A DNA stretch of 50,860 nucleotides from a bacterium (GTDB taxonomy: Bacteria; DUMJ01): NCBI GenBank assembly GCA_049970495.1, contig JBMFMV010000006.1:1-50860 (forward strand), given 5' to 3'. Positions 1 through 10,748 of the stretch are shown here, piece after piece. The number at the start of each line of letters is the position of its first letter. The stretch's first letter is position 1. The notes beneath the pieces were generated by a model. It did not search any database, was not told where the DNA came from, and saw only the letters and a list, made by a program, of their open reading frames with translations. A program made the position numbers and the translations under genes.

Positions 1-369
1 TCTAGCTATATAGGTTATGCTAGTCTGATATATGTCTTTAAAAGATATCTGGTAATAGTTTACACCTCTAGTAGAGGCAAAACCTCTTACCTTCTCTTTA
101 GAGATATCCGAATATTCGCCTATCCCTATGTCTATATGGAGCCCATCTACATTATAGCCTAGATCCAAAAGGATATCCCAAAGGGCAAGGCTATCTTTAC
201 CCCCAGAAACAGCAACTAGAATCCTTTCTTCCTCAGTAAACATTTTGTAATGTTCTATAGCTCTCTCTGTTTGTCTTTTTACATACTCTAGAAAATGCTC
301 CTCGCAGAATGCTGAGTTATGTCTTCTTATGTAAATAGAAGCAGGACTGTTGCACTTTATACACCGCAT
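1..369 (-). CDS. TtuA/TtcA-family tRNA 2-thiolation protein (PP-loop ATPase), 5' part; runs off window start
   Basis: Manual translation MRCIKCNSPASIYIRRHNSAFCEEHF...ILVAVSGGKDSLALWDIL: N-terminal CxxC...CxxH zinc finger and SGGKDS PP-loop; GGAGG RBS at 380-384 on the minus strand; absent from the ORF track because it is truncated. Confidence 0.85.
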   Translation of the reverse strand, partial: MRCIKCNSPASIYIRRHNSAFCEEHFLEYVKRQTERAIEHYKMFTEEERILVAVSGGKDSLALWDILLDLGYNVDGLHIDIGIGEYSDISKEKVRGFASTRGVNYYQISFKDIYQTSITYIAR

Positions 370-433
370 ATTCCTAATACCTCCGATTGATGTTATTTTT
401 ATTTAGTTGTATTATATTATACAGTATCATTAC

Positions 434-462
434 TTGTGTTGGATATTTTATCATGATATAAT
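434..462 (+). promoter_or_regulatory. Putative sigma70 promoter for ileS operon
   Basis: TTGTGT (434-439), 17 nt, TATAAT (457-462) with extended TG at 454-455; AGGAGG RBS before ATG 490. Confidence 0.6.
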
Positions 463-489
463 TTTTGCAAGATTCTTAGGAGGCGAAGA

Positions 490-3261
490 ATGGATTATAG
501 TAAGACTTTAAACCTACCGAAAACAAACTTTGCTATGAAGGCTAATCTCCCCGAAAAAGAGAGGGAGATACAGAAATATTGGGATAAAATTGACCTATAC
601 AGGTTGATAAGGGGGAAGAGGGTAGGGAGAACTAAATTTATCTTGCATGATGGTCCACCTTATGCAAATGGGGACATACATCTAGGGCAGGCTTTGAATA
701 AGATAATGAAGGATGCTATTGTAAGATATCATACTATGCTAGGTGAAGATGCGCCTTATGTCCCAGGTTGGGATACCCATGGTCTTCCTACAGAACAACA
801 GGTAGCCAAGACTACTAAAAAAGATAGAAGATCCATAGATCCTCTAGAATGGAGAGGAGAATGCAAGAATTTTGCCCTTAAGTATATAAATAGGCAGAGA
901 GAGGAATTTAAGAGACTAGGTGTGCTAGGTGATTGGGATAATCCCTATGTGACCTTTGACCCTGCTTATGAGGCGTCTCAGATAAGGGTATTTAAAGAGC
1001 TAGTAAGAAGAAATCTTGTATATAGGGCATTAAAACCTGTTTATTGGTGTTATCACTGTGAAACATCTTTAGCAGAGGCTGAAATTGAATATAAAGAGGT
1101 TACTTCTCCGTCTATAATAGTCTCTTTCAAACTAATACCAGATGAAAAGATATTAGATATACTAAAAGAAGATTCTGTCTATATCCCCATATGGACAACA
1201 ACACCATGGACTCTTCCTGGAAATGCTGCGATAGCATTAAATCCGGGTGCAAAGTATCTTCTTATAGAAGAAGACCATAAGAGGTTTATTGTTGTGGAAG
1301 AGAGGCTTTCTGATATTAAAGAACTTGTAGGATGGAGAGATATTACTGTACTCGGAGAATTTCTTGGTAAGGATTTAGAGGGGTATAAAGCGTTGCATCC
1401 ATTTGAAGATAGAGAAGTTCCTCTCGTTTCAGGGGAACATGTGTCTACAGGAGAAGGAACTGGATTAGTCCATACAGCACCTGGTCACGGTCCGGAAGAC
1501 TATGAAGTAGGATTGAGATATAATCTGCCTGTTATTTCACCTGTTGATGAATTAGGTAGGTTTACTACAGAGACGCTTAATCTTAAAGGTATGAACGTAG
1601 AAGAAGCTAACAAGATTATCATATCCTATTTAGAGGAGACTGGCGCACTCTTGTATAAAGGTTCTATTAGCCATGATTATCCTCACTGCTGGAGATGTAG
1701 AAAACCTGTAATATTTAGGGCAACTGAGCAGTGGTTTATAGATGTAAATAGCTTTAGAGATATGGCATTAAAGAGTCTAGATAATGTCGAATGGATACCT
1801 CCCTGGAGTAAGAATAGAATGGTTGGTATGTTAGAAGTAAGGCCAGACTGGTGCATCTCCAGGCAGAGAATATGGGGAGTTCCTCTGCCTATATTCTACT
1901 GCAAAAATTGTAATTCTCCACTTTTAGATACAGAAGTAATTGAGTATGTAGCTAAGATATTTGAGAAGGAAGGGTCGGATGCATGGTTTAAGTATTCAAC
2001 AGAAGAGCTTCTCCCTGAAGGGGTATCATGCCCTAAGTGTGGTTCGAAAGATTTTGAAAAAGAAAAGGATATAATGGACGTTTGGTTTGATTCCGGTTCA
2101 AGTTTTGCTGGCGTTTTAAAGACACATAAGGATTTACTCTTTCCTGCGGATATGTACTTAGAAGGGAGTGACCAGCATAGAGGTTGGTTTCAAACCTCAC
2201 TACTTCTTTCTATAGCTACCGAAGGTATTCCTCCTTATCGTAAAGTCTTAACTCATGGCTTTGTTGTTGACGAAGCTGGGAAAAAGATGTCTAAGAGTTT
2301 GGGTAATGTTATAGACCCCCAAGAGATAGTAAATTCTTTGGGTGCAGATGTCTTAAGACTTTGGGTTGCCTCCTCTGATTTTCGCTCTGATATAAAGGTT
2401 TCAAAGAATATCCTTAATCAGATAGTAGATGCTTATAGGAAGATAAGGAATACTATAAGATTTATGCTTGGAAATCTATACGACTTTGATCCAGAGAAGG
2501 ATATGGTACCTATAGAGAAACTTGACATCTTAGATAAATGGGTCCTTTCAGAATGGAATGAACTGTTAGATAGAGTAAAGAAAGCCTACGATGAATATGA
2601 GTTTCATACAGTATTCCATAGTACGCACAGTTTCTGCGTAAACCAGTTAAGTTCTTTTTATCTGGATGTTATAAAAGATAGGCTATATGTTGACCTACCT
2701 TCTTATCTTAAAAGGAGGTCCTCGCAGACAGCTATTTATAATATTTTAAAGGGAATACTAAAGATATTAGCTCCTATAATGGTTCATACTACTGAAGAGG
2801 CTTGGCAACATCTACCAGGTAAAAAAGAGATTAGTATTCACTTAGAGGAATGGCCAGAGAGATATTCAGTTTCTCTTAGTTCAGAGGAAGAGAAGATGTG
2901 GGACTGTTTCTTTATATTAAGAGACGAGGTAAATAAAAAGTTAGATGAGGCAAGACAGAATAAGACTATAGGAAATAGTCTCGAGGCTAAGCTTAAGTTA
3001 GTAATTCCTTCTAACATGTATCCTTATATATCTAAATTAGACGGTCGTTTAAGTGAACTCCTCTTGGTGTCTGAAGTGGATGTCCTTTCTAAAGATGATA
3101 CTAGTTCTATAGATGTAGAGATTATTCCTCTTGAATATAACAAGTGTCAACGTTGTTGGATGTATACCCCTGATGTTGGAAAAGATGAAAAATATCCTGA
3201 TCTATGTAAGAGATGTATCTCTGTTATAGAGAATATTACTGGTGAGGGTGAAGATAGATGA
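490..3261 (+). CDS. ileS: Isoleucyl-tRNA synthetase (type 1)
   Basis: LHDGPPYANGDIHLGQ (HIGH variant), WTTTPWTLP, KMSKS, C-terminal CQRC...CKRC zinc finger; 923 aa. Confidence 0.98.
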   Translation: MDYSKTLNLPKTNFAMKANLPEKEREIQKYWDKIDLYRLIRGKRVGRTKFILHDGPPYANGDIHLGQALNKIMKDAIVRYHTMLGEDAPYVPGWDTHGLPTEQQVAKTTKKDRRSIDPLEWRGECKNFALKYINRQREEFKRLGVLGDWDNPYVTFDPAYEASQIRVFKELVRRNLVYRALKPVYWCYHCETSLAEAEIEYKEVTSPSIIVSFKLIPDEKILDILKEDSVYIPIWTTTPWTLPGNAAIALNPGAKYLLIEEDHKRFIVVEERLSDIKELVGWRDITVLGEFLGKDLEGYKALHPFEDREVPLVSGEHVSTGEGTGLVHTAPGHGPEDYEVGLRYNLPVISPVDELGRFTTETLNLKGMNVEEANKIIISYLEETGALLYKGSISHDYPHCWRCRKPVIFRATEQWFIDVNSFRDMALKSLDNVEWIPPWSKNRMVGMLEVRPDWCISRQRIWGVPLPIFYCKNCNSPLLDTEVIEYVAKIFEKEGSDAWFKYSTEELLPEGVSCPKCGSKDFEKEKDIMDVWFDSGSSFAGVLKTHKDLLFPADMYLEGSDQHRGWFQTSLLLSIATEGIPPYRKVLTHGFVVDEAGKKMSKSLGNVIDPQEIVNSLGADVLRLWVASSDFRSDIKVSKNILNQIVDAYRKIRNTIRFMLGNLYDFDPEKDMVPIEKLDILDKWVLSEWNELLDRVKKAYDEYEFHTVFHSTHSFCVNQLSSFYLDVIKDRLYVDLPSYLKRRSSQTAIYNILKGILKILAPIMVHTTEEAWQHLPGKKEISIHLEEWPERYSVSLSSEEEKMWDCFFILRDEVNKKLDEARQNKTIGNSLEAKLKLVIPSNMYPYISKLDGRLSELLLVSEVDVLSKDDTSSIDVEIIPLEYNKCQRCWMYTPDVGKDEKYPDLCKRCISVIENITGEGEDR

Positions 3262-3635
3262 ATATAGATGTTTCTTATTTCAGGGAAATACTATTGAAAA
3301 AAAAGAAGGAGATAGAACACACCTTAAAAAATATAAGGGAGCTCTCTGCTAGCAAAAGCGAGATAGAGCTAATAGGAGAACTTTCAAGTTCTGATGATCA
3401 TCTAGCAGAGTATGCTTCAATAGTATATGACCACGAGAATACACTAACTGTTGAGAATATACTAAGAGATATATTAAATCAGATAGAGTCGGCATTAAAA
3501 AGAATAGAGGATAGGACATACGGCATATGTGAGATATGTAAGAAGCCTATAGATGAAGAGAGACTAAAGGCTATACCCTATGCCACAATGTGTGTAAGGT
3601 GTAAGTCTATAAAAGAGAGAAGTGTCAAGAAATAG
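3258..3635 (+). CDS. TraR/DksA-family C4 zinc-finger protein (YteA-like)
   Basis: Coiled coil with DHLAEYAS and YGICEICKKPI..ERLKAIPYATMCVRC. Confidence 0.9.
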   Translation: MNIDVSYFREILLKKKKEIEHTLKNIRELSASKSEIELIGELSSSDDHLAEYASIVYDHENTLTVENILRDILNQIESALKRIEDRTYGICEICKKPIDEERLKAIPYATMCVRCKSIKERSVKK

Positions 3636-4050
3636 TTCTGGCATCATTACAGGAATAGCTATACTGGCATTTGATAGGGTCCTTAAGAAGTTATCTGCCT
3701 TGTATTTATCTTCTAGTGACTTAGTCTTTGGTGGCGGGTTGTTAAGGTTGACATATATTAAAAACCCTGGTGCGGCTTTTGGCTTTCTCCCTTCTCAGAG
3801 GGGGCTTATTATTTTTGTGTCTATCTTAGCACTTATATTTGTAATTAGGCTTTTTAGAAGGGTCGGTTACAAAAATTCGTATTTTGCGAATGGATTTTGG
3901 ATTTTGATAGCTGGTATACTAGGAAATCTTATAGATCGAATATTCTTAGGTTATGTTGTTGACTATATCCAGATATTAAATTCTCCTATATTTAATATCT
4001 CAGATATATCTATACTTATTGGTATGACAGTAATCTTATTTTTCTCTTAG
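3622..4050 (+). CDS. lspA: Lipoprotein signal peptidase II
   Basis: NPGAAFG, GNLIDR, VVDYI, FNISD motifs; next to lgt. Confidence 0.93.
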   Translation: MSRNSSGIITGIAILAFDRVLKKLSALYLSSSDLVFGGGLLRLTYIKNPGAAFGFLPSQRGLIIFVSILALIFVIRLFRRVGYKNSYFANGFWILIAGILGNLIDRIFLGYVVDYIQILNSPIFNISDISILIGMTVILFFS

Positions 4051-4064
4051 AAAGGGAGGAGAAG

Positions 4065-4805
4065 ATGCATCCAATTCTTTTACAATTTGGGAATCTTACT
4101 GTAAGGTCCTGGGGACTAATGGTAATGTTAGGCATCATTGTAGGTGTTTTGTTGGCTATGAGAGAGGCCGAGAGAAAGGGATTAGATCCAGAAAATATAA
4201 TAGATCTTGTCATAGTCTTGATCGTTCTTGGAGTGGTTGGAGCAAGGGTGGTTTATGTATTGACTAATTTTAGTGAGTATAAAGATAATATTGGCCTTGC
4301 GTTTTCAATAAAGACAGGAGGGTTAGCTTGGCCTGGGGCATTTCTTTTCGCTCTTATTGGTACAATCCTATTTGTAAGATGGCGTAAGCTTTCATTTTGG
4401 TTAATAGCAGATATTCTCTCTCCATATGTAGCTCTAGGCTATGCTATTGGTAGAATAGGATGTTTTCTCAATGGCTGCTGTTTTGGAAAAATTACGGAAA
4501 AGGCTTGGTGGAGTGTCTATATGCTAGGAGCATATAGATATCCTACACAGATCTATTCTTCAATAGCCTCTTTTCTTATTTTTTTATTTCTTGTAACTAG
4601 GTCTTGGGATGATAAACCTGGAAAGAAATTTTTAATGTATATAATCCTTTACTGCATCTACAGATTTGTAGTGGAATTCTTTAGATATAACTCTAGATAT
4701 ATACTAGGATTAAGTGTAGCTCAATGGGGGATGCTAGGAACTATATTAGTAACAGCTGTGATTTTATATGGAAAGAGTATTGAGTGGAAAAGAAGGACGA
4801 CTTGA
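4065..4805 (+). CDS. lgt: Prolipoprotein diacylglyceryl transferase
   Basis: MHPILLQFG, GARVVYV, GRIGCFLNGCCFG, YPTQIY, RFVVEFFR. Confidence 0.93.
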   Translation: MHPILLQFGNLTVRSWGLMVMLGIIVGVLLAMREAERKGLDPENIIDLVIVLIVLGVVGARVVYVLTNFSEYKDNIGLAFSIKTGGLAWPGAFLFALIGTILFVRWRKLSFWLIADILSPYVALGYAIGRIGCFLNGCCFGKITEKAWWSVYMLGAYRYPTQIYSSIASFLIFLFLVTRSWDDKPGKKFLMYIILYCIYRFVVEFFRYNSRYILGLSVAQWGMLGTILVTAVILYGKSIEWKRRTT

Positions 4806-5658
4806 TCTTGTTCTAAAAGAGTTATTCCCAGACCTATCAAGGGAGAAGGTCAAAGAGATAATAGAATCTGGAAAGGTATCTGTAGATGGTAAAACAGTTA
4901 CTAAACCAAGTTTTAGGGTTAAGGTGAACTCAACTATTAAAGTTGAAGAATTAGAGCCTTTTAGAGATATCCTTAAGCCTTATGACCTACATATAGACAT
5001 TCTCTATGAGGACGAAAGTATTATAGTGGTAGATAAGCCGGCAGGATTAGCTGTGCATCCTGCACCTAGTATAAAGGGCCCTACATTGGTTAATGCTCTT
5101 ATATCAAAGACAGAGCTAGCTCCGGTGAATAATGTTAGGCCAGGAATAGTTCATAGGTTAGATAAAGATACCTCTGGGCTGATGATGTTAGCAAAGACAT
5201 TTCAAAGTTATAATAATCTTGTTAAGCAGATGCAGGAGAGAAAGGTGCATAAAGAGTACATAGCAGTTGTACATGGAAAAGTTAAGTCTGGGAGTATATC
5301 TCTCCCTATAGGGAGGTCCCCTTCGGATAGGACAAAGATGAAGGTATTACCCTCAGGTAGAATGGCTATTACTCATTATGAGTCTCTAGAAGTTATTGGT
5401 GATTATTCTGTGGTGAGAGTTAGGATAGAAACTGGAAGGACACATCAGATAAGAGTTCATCTGGCTTATATAGGACATCCAGTAGTTGGAGACAAGGTAT
5501 ACGGTATAGAAGAAAAGGAGAAACTTATAAATAGACAGGCGCTACACTCTTCTAGATTATCCTTTCTCCATCCAATAACGGGAAAAGCTTTAGATTTCCA
5601 TTCTCCTCTTCCAAGGGATATGGAGCATCTAATAGAAGAGCTAAGGAGGCGAAGTTGA
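4768..5658 (+). CDS. rluD: RluA/RluD-family pseudouridine synthase
   Basis: N-terminal S4 domain, VDKPAGL, catalytic HRLDKDTSG, TGRTHQIRVH. Confidence 0.88.
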   Translation: MERVLSGKEGRLDLVLKELFPDLSREKVKEIIESGKVSVDGKTVTKPSFRVKVNSTIKVEELEPFRDILKPYDLHIDILYEDESIIVVDKPAGLAVHPAPSIKGPTLVNALISKTELAPVNNVRPGIVHRLDKDTSGLMMLAKTFQSYNNLVKQMQERKVHKEYIAVVHGKVKSGSISLPIGRSPSDRTKMKVLPSGRMAITHYESLEVIGDYSVVRVRIETGRTHQIRVHLAYIGHPVVGDKVYGIEEKEKLINRQALHSSRLSFLHPITGKALDFHSPLPRDMEHLIEELRRRS

Positions 5659-6452
5659 ATAGGCTTATTGCAGTTTGCGTCTTAGTGGGAATAATACATA
5701 TGACAGACACCTTATCTCTATCTGTAAGATGGGTAGGTATAAAGGTTGGTAGAGTGGTTACAGCTGCAAGCCTGTTTAATATACTTGTCCTTATATCTAG
5801 GACTGCTAATTTATTACAGGCTCCTATGGTTGGTAAGATGGTTGATCTGGCTATAAGGAATCATGAGACATTACCTTTGCTGATCAATTTTAGGCTTATA
5901 ATACTTTCAAGTACATTTGGGACTGTAGCAGGGATACTACTTATGCCAACATTCATAAATGTCTTCGGCAAGCTTATCTTGCTCTTTGAAAGAGAAGGCT
6001 CTATCTTAAAACTATTTTTTAGAATACTTAGACCAAAAAGTTTTGTAAACTCTTTCAATGATTTTGTTGTCCCTAGTAAAGAGACCGTTGGGAAAAATAT
6101 CTTTGAGAATATTCCAAAGAAGTTCTTCTTTTTTCAGCTCTTTATAACTGGATTCTATACCATAGGTGTCTTAAGCGCACTATATGCAGGGGCTATAGTA
6201 CCACAGTATCGAGTTACAGCCAGTCAACTTTCTGGTATAATAAATGGTATAGCTACAGTATTATTTATGGTTTTTGTTGATCCATCTGTAGCAGTTATAA
6301 CAGATCAAGCCCTAAGACAGATAAGGCCACAGAAGGATGTGAGGAATATAGTTATAGTGTTGACTATAGCAAGACTTATGGGAACTATATTGGCTCAGTT
6401 GTTAATAGTCCCCTGTGCTTTTTTAGTTGCTAAGGTAGCTACTAAGATGTAA
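5655..6452 (+). CDS. amj: Lipid II flippase Amj family (DUF2837)
   Basis: Hydrophobic protein with SLFN..VLISRTANLLQAP, QLSGIINGIAT, DP.VAVITDQ motifs. Confidence 0.8.
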   Translation: MNRLIAVCVLVGIIHMTDTLSLSVRWVGIKVGRVVTAASLFNILVLISRTANLLQAPMVGKMVDLAIRNHETLPLLINFRLIILSSTFGTVAGILLMPTFINVFGKLILLFEREGSILKLFFRILRPKSFVNSFNDFVVPSKETVGKNIFENIPKKFFFFQLFITGFYTIGVLSALYAGAIVPQYRVTASQLSGIINGIATVLFMVFVDPSVAVITDQALRQIRPQKDVRNIVIVLTIARLMGTILAQLLIVPCAFLVAKVATKM

Positions 6453-6469
6453 AAAAAGGAGGCTGTGGA

Positions 6470-6763
6470 ATGCTTTCTATAGAAGAAGTCATTCATATAG
6501 AAAGATTGGCAAGATTGAAGCTTACAGATAAAGAGCGAGAGATGTATAGAAATCAGCTAAATGATGTATTGAATTATGCGGCCAAGTTAGACGAGATTGA
6601 TACCTCTAATGTTCCCCCAATGTACCATGTCTTACCAGTAAGTAACGTGTTAAGAGAAGATATACCTAGGGAGAATTTTTCTCAAAGAGAGGCGTTGAGT
6701 AATGCACCCCTCGAAGAGGGAGGATTTTTTGTCATACCTCCTATCTTAGGAGGTGAGGAATAA
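6470..6763 (+). CDS. gatC: Asp/Glu-tRNA amidotransferase subunit C
   Basis: HIERLARL..LDEIDT.NVPP..LRED..NAP; precedes gatA/gatB. Confidence 0.95.
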   Translation: MLSIEEVIHIERLARLKLTDKEREMYRNQLNDVLNYAAKLDEIDTSNVPPMYHVLPVSNVLREDIPRENFSQREALSNAPLEEGGFFVIPPILGGEE

Positions 6764-6764
6764 A

Positions 6765-8210
6765 GTGGAGTTAGCAGATCTTACGGCTCATGAACTCTTA
6801 GAACTTATCTCAAAGAAGGAACTCTCTCCTCAAGAAGTCGTTAAAAGCTGTATAGATAGATTAGAAAGGTATGAATCTAAAATTAAAGCTTATCTATTTA
6901 TTAGAAATCCTGAAGAGGTTATTAATTCTGTAAAAGAAGATGCTCCATACTCGGCAATTCCTATAGCTATTAAGGACAATATACTAGTAAAAGGTCTCCC
7001 AAATACTTGTGCCTCCAAGATATTAGCAAATTTTATTGCCCCTTATAATGCCACTGTAATAGAGAGACTAAATAAAAGATCATTTAATATTATGGGTAAG
7101 ACCAACCTGGATGAGTTTGCTATGGGGTCTTCCACAGAAAATTCTGCTTTTGGTCCCACTAGAAATCCTTGGGACATAGAAAGGGTTCCTGGAGGTTCAA
7201 GTGGTGGTTCTGCTGCTAGCGTAGCTATAGGGTCGGCTATATGGGCTTTAGGTTCAGATACAGGGGGGTCTATCAGGCAGCCTGCCTCTTTTTGTGGGGT
7301 AGTTGGTTTGAAACCTACTTATGGTACTGTCTCTAGATATGGTTTAGTTGCATTTGCGTCATCTCTAGACCAGATAGGACCAATTACGAAAGATGTAACT
7401 GACTGCGCCTTATTGTATAGCTTTATAAATGGATATGACCCTAATGATTCTACCTCACTCAATATAAAGCCTTATATATATTCTCCACTTAAAGGAGACA
7501 TAAAAGGAATAAAGATAGGTCTAATTAGAGAACTTTTGGGAGAAGGGGTGGACCCTTTAGTAAAGAAGTGTATGGAAGATGTAGTAAAGACATTTGAAGA
7601 CTTAGGGGCTGTTGTTGAAGAGGTATCCCTCCCACATATAAGCTACTCAGTTCCTACATACTATATACTTGCTCCTGCAGAAGCCAGTTCTAATTTGGCT
7701 AGATTTGATGGAGTAAGGTATGGCTTTAGGGCTAGTGGAAAGACTGCAGAAGAGATGATGAGTAATACAAGAGGAGAAGGTTTCGGACCTGAAGTTAAGA
7801 GAAGAATAATGTTGGGTACATATGTCCTAAGTGCTGGATACTATGAAGCATTTTATCTAAAGGCTTTGAAATTTAGGAATTTAATAGCGAGTGATTTTAG
7901 AAAGGTATTTGAGAGATTTGATGTTCTTATCTCCCCCACATCTCCTATTTTACCTTTTAAATTAGGTGAAAAGGTAGAAAATCCTTTAGAGATGTATCTA
8001 GCAGATATCTGTACAATTCCTATAAATCTGGCTGGATTACCTGCAATATCTATCCCCTGCGGTTTTGTTGATAATTTACCTGTAGGCTTACAGATTATAG
8101 GTCCTGTATTCAGCGAGGCAAAGCTTTTTGAGGTGGCCTATGGTTTTGAGCAGGCTACACCCTTTCACAAGAAAAGACCTCAGTTAGGAGGGATAACCAG
8201 TGGAGTATGA
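6765..8210 (+). CDS. gatA: Asp/Glu-tRNA amidotransferase subunit A
   Basis: Amidase signature [35 protein letters not shown] at 6765 has the better-spaced RBS (ORF track starts at 6753). Confidence 0.96.
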   Translation: MELADLTAHELLELISKKELSPQEVVKSCIDRLERYESKIKAYLFIRNPEEVINSVKEDAPYSAIPIAIKDNILVKGLPNTCASKILANFIAPYNATVIERLNKRSFNIMGKTNLDEFAMGSSTENSAFGPTRNPWDIERVPGGSSGGSAASVAIGSAIWALGSDTGGSIRQPASFCGVVGLKPTYGTVSRYGLVAFASSLDQIGPITKDVTDCALLYSFINGYDPNDSTSLNIKPYIYSPLKGDIKGIKIGLIRELLGEGVDPLVKKCMEDVVKTFEDLGAVVEEVSLPHISYSVPTYYILAPAEASSNLARFDGVRYGFRASGKTAEEMMSNTRGEGFGPEVKRRIMLGTYVLSAGYYEAFYLKALKFRNLIASDFRKVFERFDVLISPTSPILPFKLGEKVENPLEMYLADICTIPINLAGLPAISIPCGFVDNLPVGLQIIGPVFSEAKLFEVAYGFEQATPFHKKRPQLGGITSGV

Positions 8211-9636
8211 GGTTAATATAGGGATAGAGATTCATGCAGAACTTTTGACTAAATCTAAAGTATTCTGTAGTTGTCCTGTTCAGTTTGGAGCCCCTCCTAA
8301 TACACTGACCTGTCCTGTATGTCTAGGCTTACCAGGAGCTTTACCAGTATTAAATAAAAAAGCGGTAGAGTATGCCATCCTTACTGCACTAGCCCTTAAT
8401 TGTAAGATAAACAGAAATGCTATATTCCATCGTAAGAACTACTTCTATCCAGACCTACCTAAGAATTATCAGATTTCTCAGTATGATACCCCCATAGGAA
8501 TACAGGGGTATTTAGAGATAGAGACATCCAATGGAAGGAAACGTATAAGGATAAGGAGAGTTCATCTCGAAGAGGATACAGGAAAGTTAATTCATAGCGG
8601 AGGCCGTATTACCGGTTCTGATATGTCTTTTGTTGACTTTAATAGGAGTGGTGTCCCTCTACTTGAAATTGTCTCAGAGCCAGATATATCTAGTCCTGAA
8701 GAGGCTAAGGAATACTTAATAAATGTGAGAGATATATTAATCTTCCTTGGTGTCTGTGATGGCAAGATGGAAGAAGGTAGTATGAGATGTGAAGCGAATG
8801 TTTCTATAAGAAAAAAGGGTTCAGATAAACTTGGTACCAAGACCGAATTAAAGAATATAAATTCATTTAGAGCGGTTGAAAGAGCCTTACAGTATGAGAT
8901 AGAAAGACAGGTAGAGCTAGTTTCTAGAGGTAAGGAAGTAATCCAAGAGACAAGGCATTGGGACGAGAAGAACGAGAAGACGGTTAGTATGAGGAGTAAA
9001 GAAGAAGCTCATGACTATAGATACTTTCCAGAGCCGGATCTTGTTCCTTTAGAAATAGATGATGCCTGGATAGAAAATCTAAGGTCTCAGATTCCTGAGC
9101 TTCCAGAAGAAAAGTATGAGAGGTATAAAAACTTGGGTTTAACTCCTTATGAAGCAAAACTTCTAGCTCATGACCTAGAATTGTCTGTATTCTTTGACAG
9201 GGCAATAAAACTCTACAATAACCCTAGAAATATAGCTAATTGGTTGTTAGTTGATGTTACTAAAGAGCTTAAAGATAGGAATAAAGCAATAACACAGACA
9301 CTACTTACCCCTGAAATTATGGCTGAACTCTTACTACTTATCGATGAAGGGAAGATAAGTGGAAGGATAGCAAAGGACATACTCCCAGAACTTATAGACA
9401 AAGGAGTCTCTCCAAAGAAAATAATAGAGGAGAAGAATCTCATACAGATTACAGATACTTCAGCTTTACTTTCAATTATAGATCAGGTACTGAAAGAAAA
9501 TGCAGGGGTAGTCGAAGAGTATAAAAGAGGTAAGGAAAAATCATTTATGTACCTCGTAGGACAAGTAATGAAATTGACTAAGGGTAAAGCCAATCCTAAA
9601 CTTGTAAATGAACTATTGAAAAAGGCGTTGGGGTAA
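8200..9636 (+). CDS. gatB: Asp/Glu-tRNA amidotransferase subunit B
   Basis: [36 protein letters not shown]-terminal YqeY-like tail. Confidence 0.98.
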   Translation: MEYEVNIGIEIHAELLTKSKVFCSCPVQFGAPPNTLTCPVCLGLPGALPVLNKKAVEYAILTALALNCKINRNAIFHRKNYFYPDLPKNYQISQYDTPIGIQGYLEIETSNGRKRIRIRRVHLEEDTGKLIHSGGRITGSDMSFVDFNRSGVPLLEIVSEPDISSPEEAKEYLINVRDILIFLGVCDGKMEEGSMRCEANVSIRKKGSDKLGTKTELKNINSFRAVERALQYEIERQVELVSRGKEVIQETRHWDEKNEKTVSMRSKEEAHDYRYFPEPDLVPLEIDDAWIENLRSQIPELPEEKYERYKNLGLTPYEAKLLAHDLELSVFFDRAIKLYNNPRNIANWLLVDVTKELKDRNKAITQTLLTPEIMAELLLLIDEGKISGRIAKDILPELIDKGVSPKKIIEEKNLIQITDTSALLSIIDQVLKENAGVVEEYKRGKEKSFMYLVGQVMKLTKGKANPKLVNELLKKALG

Positions 9637-10748
9637 AGATACTAATCGTCAGTAATGGATACTGTGAAGATGATATAGCATTAAGGTTAGCGTTTTCTTT
9701 GAGTACGTATTATCCGGCAAGAGATATAGTATTATTTCCCATGGTAGGAGAAGGAAATAGATTCAGGGGTTATGACTTTCCAGTTCTATCTAAAGGGTCT
9801 ATTCTCCCTAGTGGGGGTTTTGGATTTAGGGTTGGCTTATCACTCTTTAAAGAAGACATAAAGAGTGGATTATTTAGTGATTTAATACATATGTATAGGA
9901 CACTTAAAGAGATAAAGCCTGACATTGTAATATCTATAGGAGACCCATTTAACCTTATATTTACTTATTTAGGAACACATAAGAAGGTTTTCTTTGTATC
10001 TACTGATCAGGGCCACTCTGCCTGGGTGAATGGTTTTAGTAGTATAGAGTTAAGGCTTGTGAAAGAACTTTCCTCATGGATATTTCCAAGAGATAAAAAG
10101 ACAGAGGAGTTCTTAAGAGAAAGGGGCATAACTAGTGTCAGATATTTTGGAAATCCGCTTATGGATTGTGTAGAAGAGCCTAAGTTTTTTCTAGAAGAAG
10201 GTATCGCTCTTCTTCCAGGAACAAGAAGAGATTGTGGCAGTAATTTGTTATTCCTATTAGGTGTGGTCGAAAAGATAGATAAGCCTTTTAGATACTATGT
10301 TCCAATAAACTCTAATTCTGAACCGTTTATTCTTGAGGCATTGAGAGATAGAAATTACGAGCTATTAAACTGGGACTATGGATACAAGGTAGATGGTCCT
10401 GTCGAGATTTATATAGGTAAGGGCATCTTCTCAGAGATGGTCTCCTCTAGTAAACTAGTAATAGGTCTTTCTGGGAGTGGTAATGAGCAGTCTGCAGGTT
10501 TAGGTAAACCAGTTGTTAGTTTCTATATAGAAGGTATTCAGTTTAATAAAAAATTTATAATTGAACAGAAAAAGTTACTAGATGAAGCTCTTATCCTAAC
10601 TGATATAGAATCTGCTAGTGAGGTTATAAACAGTCTCCTTTCTAACCCCCAAGAACTACTAAAGAGAGGGGAGATAGGAAAGCTTAGAATGGGAGATAAA
10701 GGAGCTATACCTAAGATAGCAGAGTTTATTAGGGATTATTCAGGATGA
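9636..10748 (+). CDS. Lipid-A-disaccharide-synthase-related GT-B protein (TIGR03492-like); start uncertain
   Basis: In-frame [15 protein letters not shown] upstream of the TTG at 9699, then PMVGEG, LPSGGF, GNPLMD, LLPGTR, GSGNEQ..GLGKP, RMG..GA motifs. Confidence 0.7.
   Translation, partial: KILIVSNGYCEDDIALRLAFSLSTYYPARDIVLFPMVGEGNRFRGYDFPVLSKGSILPSGGFGFRVGLSLFKEDIKSGLFSDLIHMYRTLKEIKPDIVISIGDPFNLIFTYLGTHKKVFFVSTDQGHSAWVNGFSSIELRLVKELSSWIFPRDKKTEEFLRERGITSVRYFGNPLMDCVEEPKFFLEEGIALLPGTRRDCGSNLLFLLGVVEKIDKPFRYYVPINSNSEPFILEALRDRNYELLNWDYGYKVDGPVEIYIGKGIFSEMVSSSKLVIGLSGSGNEQSAGLGKPVVSFYIEGIQFNKKFIIEQKKLLDEALILTDIESASEVINSLLSNPQELLKRGEIGKLRMGDKGAIPKIAEFIRDYSG

Noticed and set aside
370..489. T-box riboswitch upstream of ileS
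   Set aside because: The spacer is only 120 bp, holds divergent promoters, and has no T-box (GGTGGNACC) or terminator.
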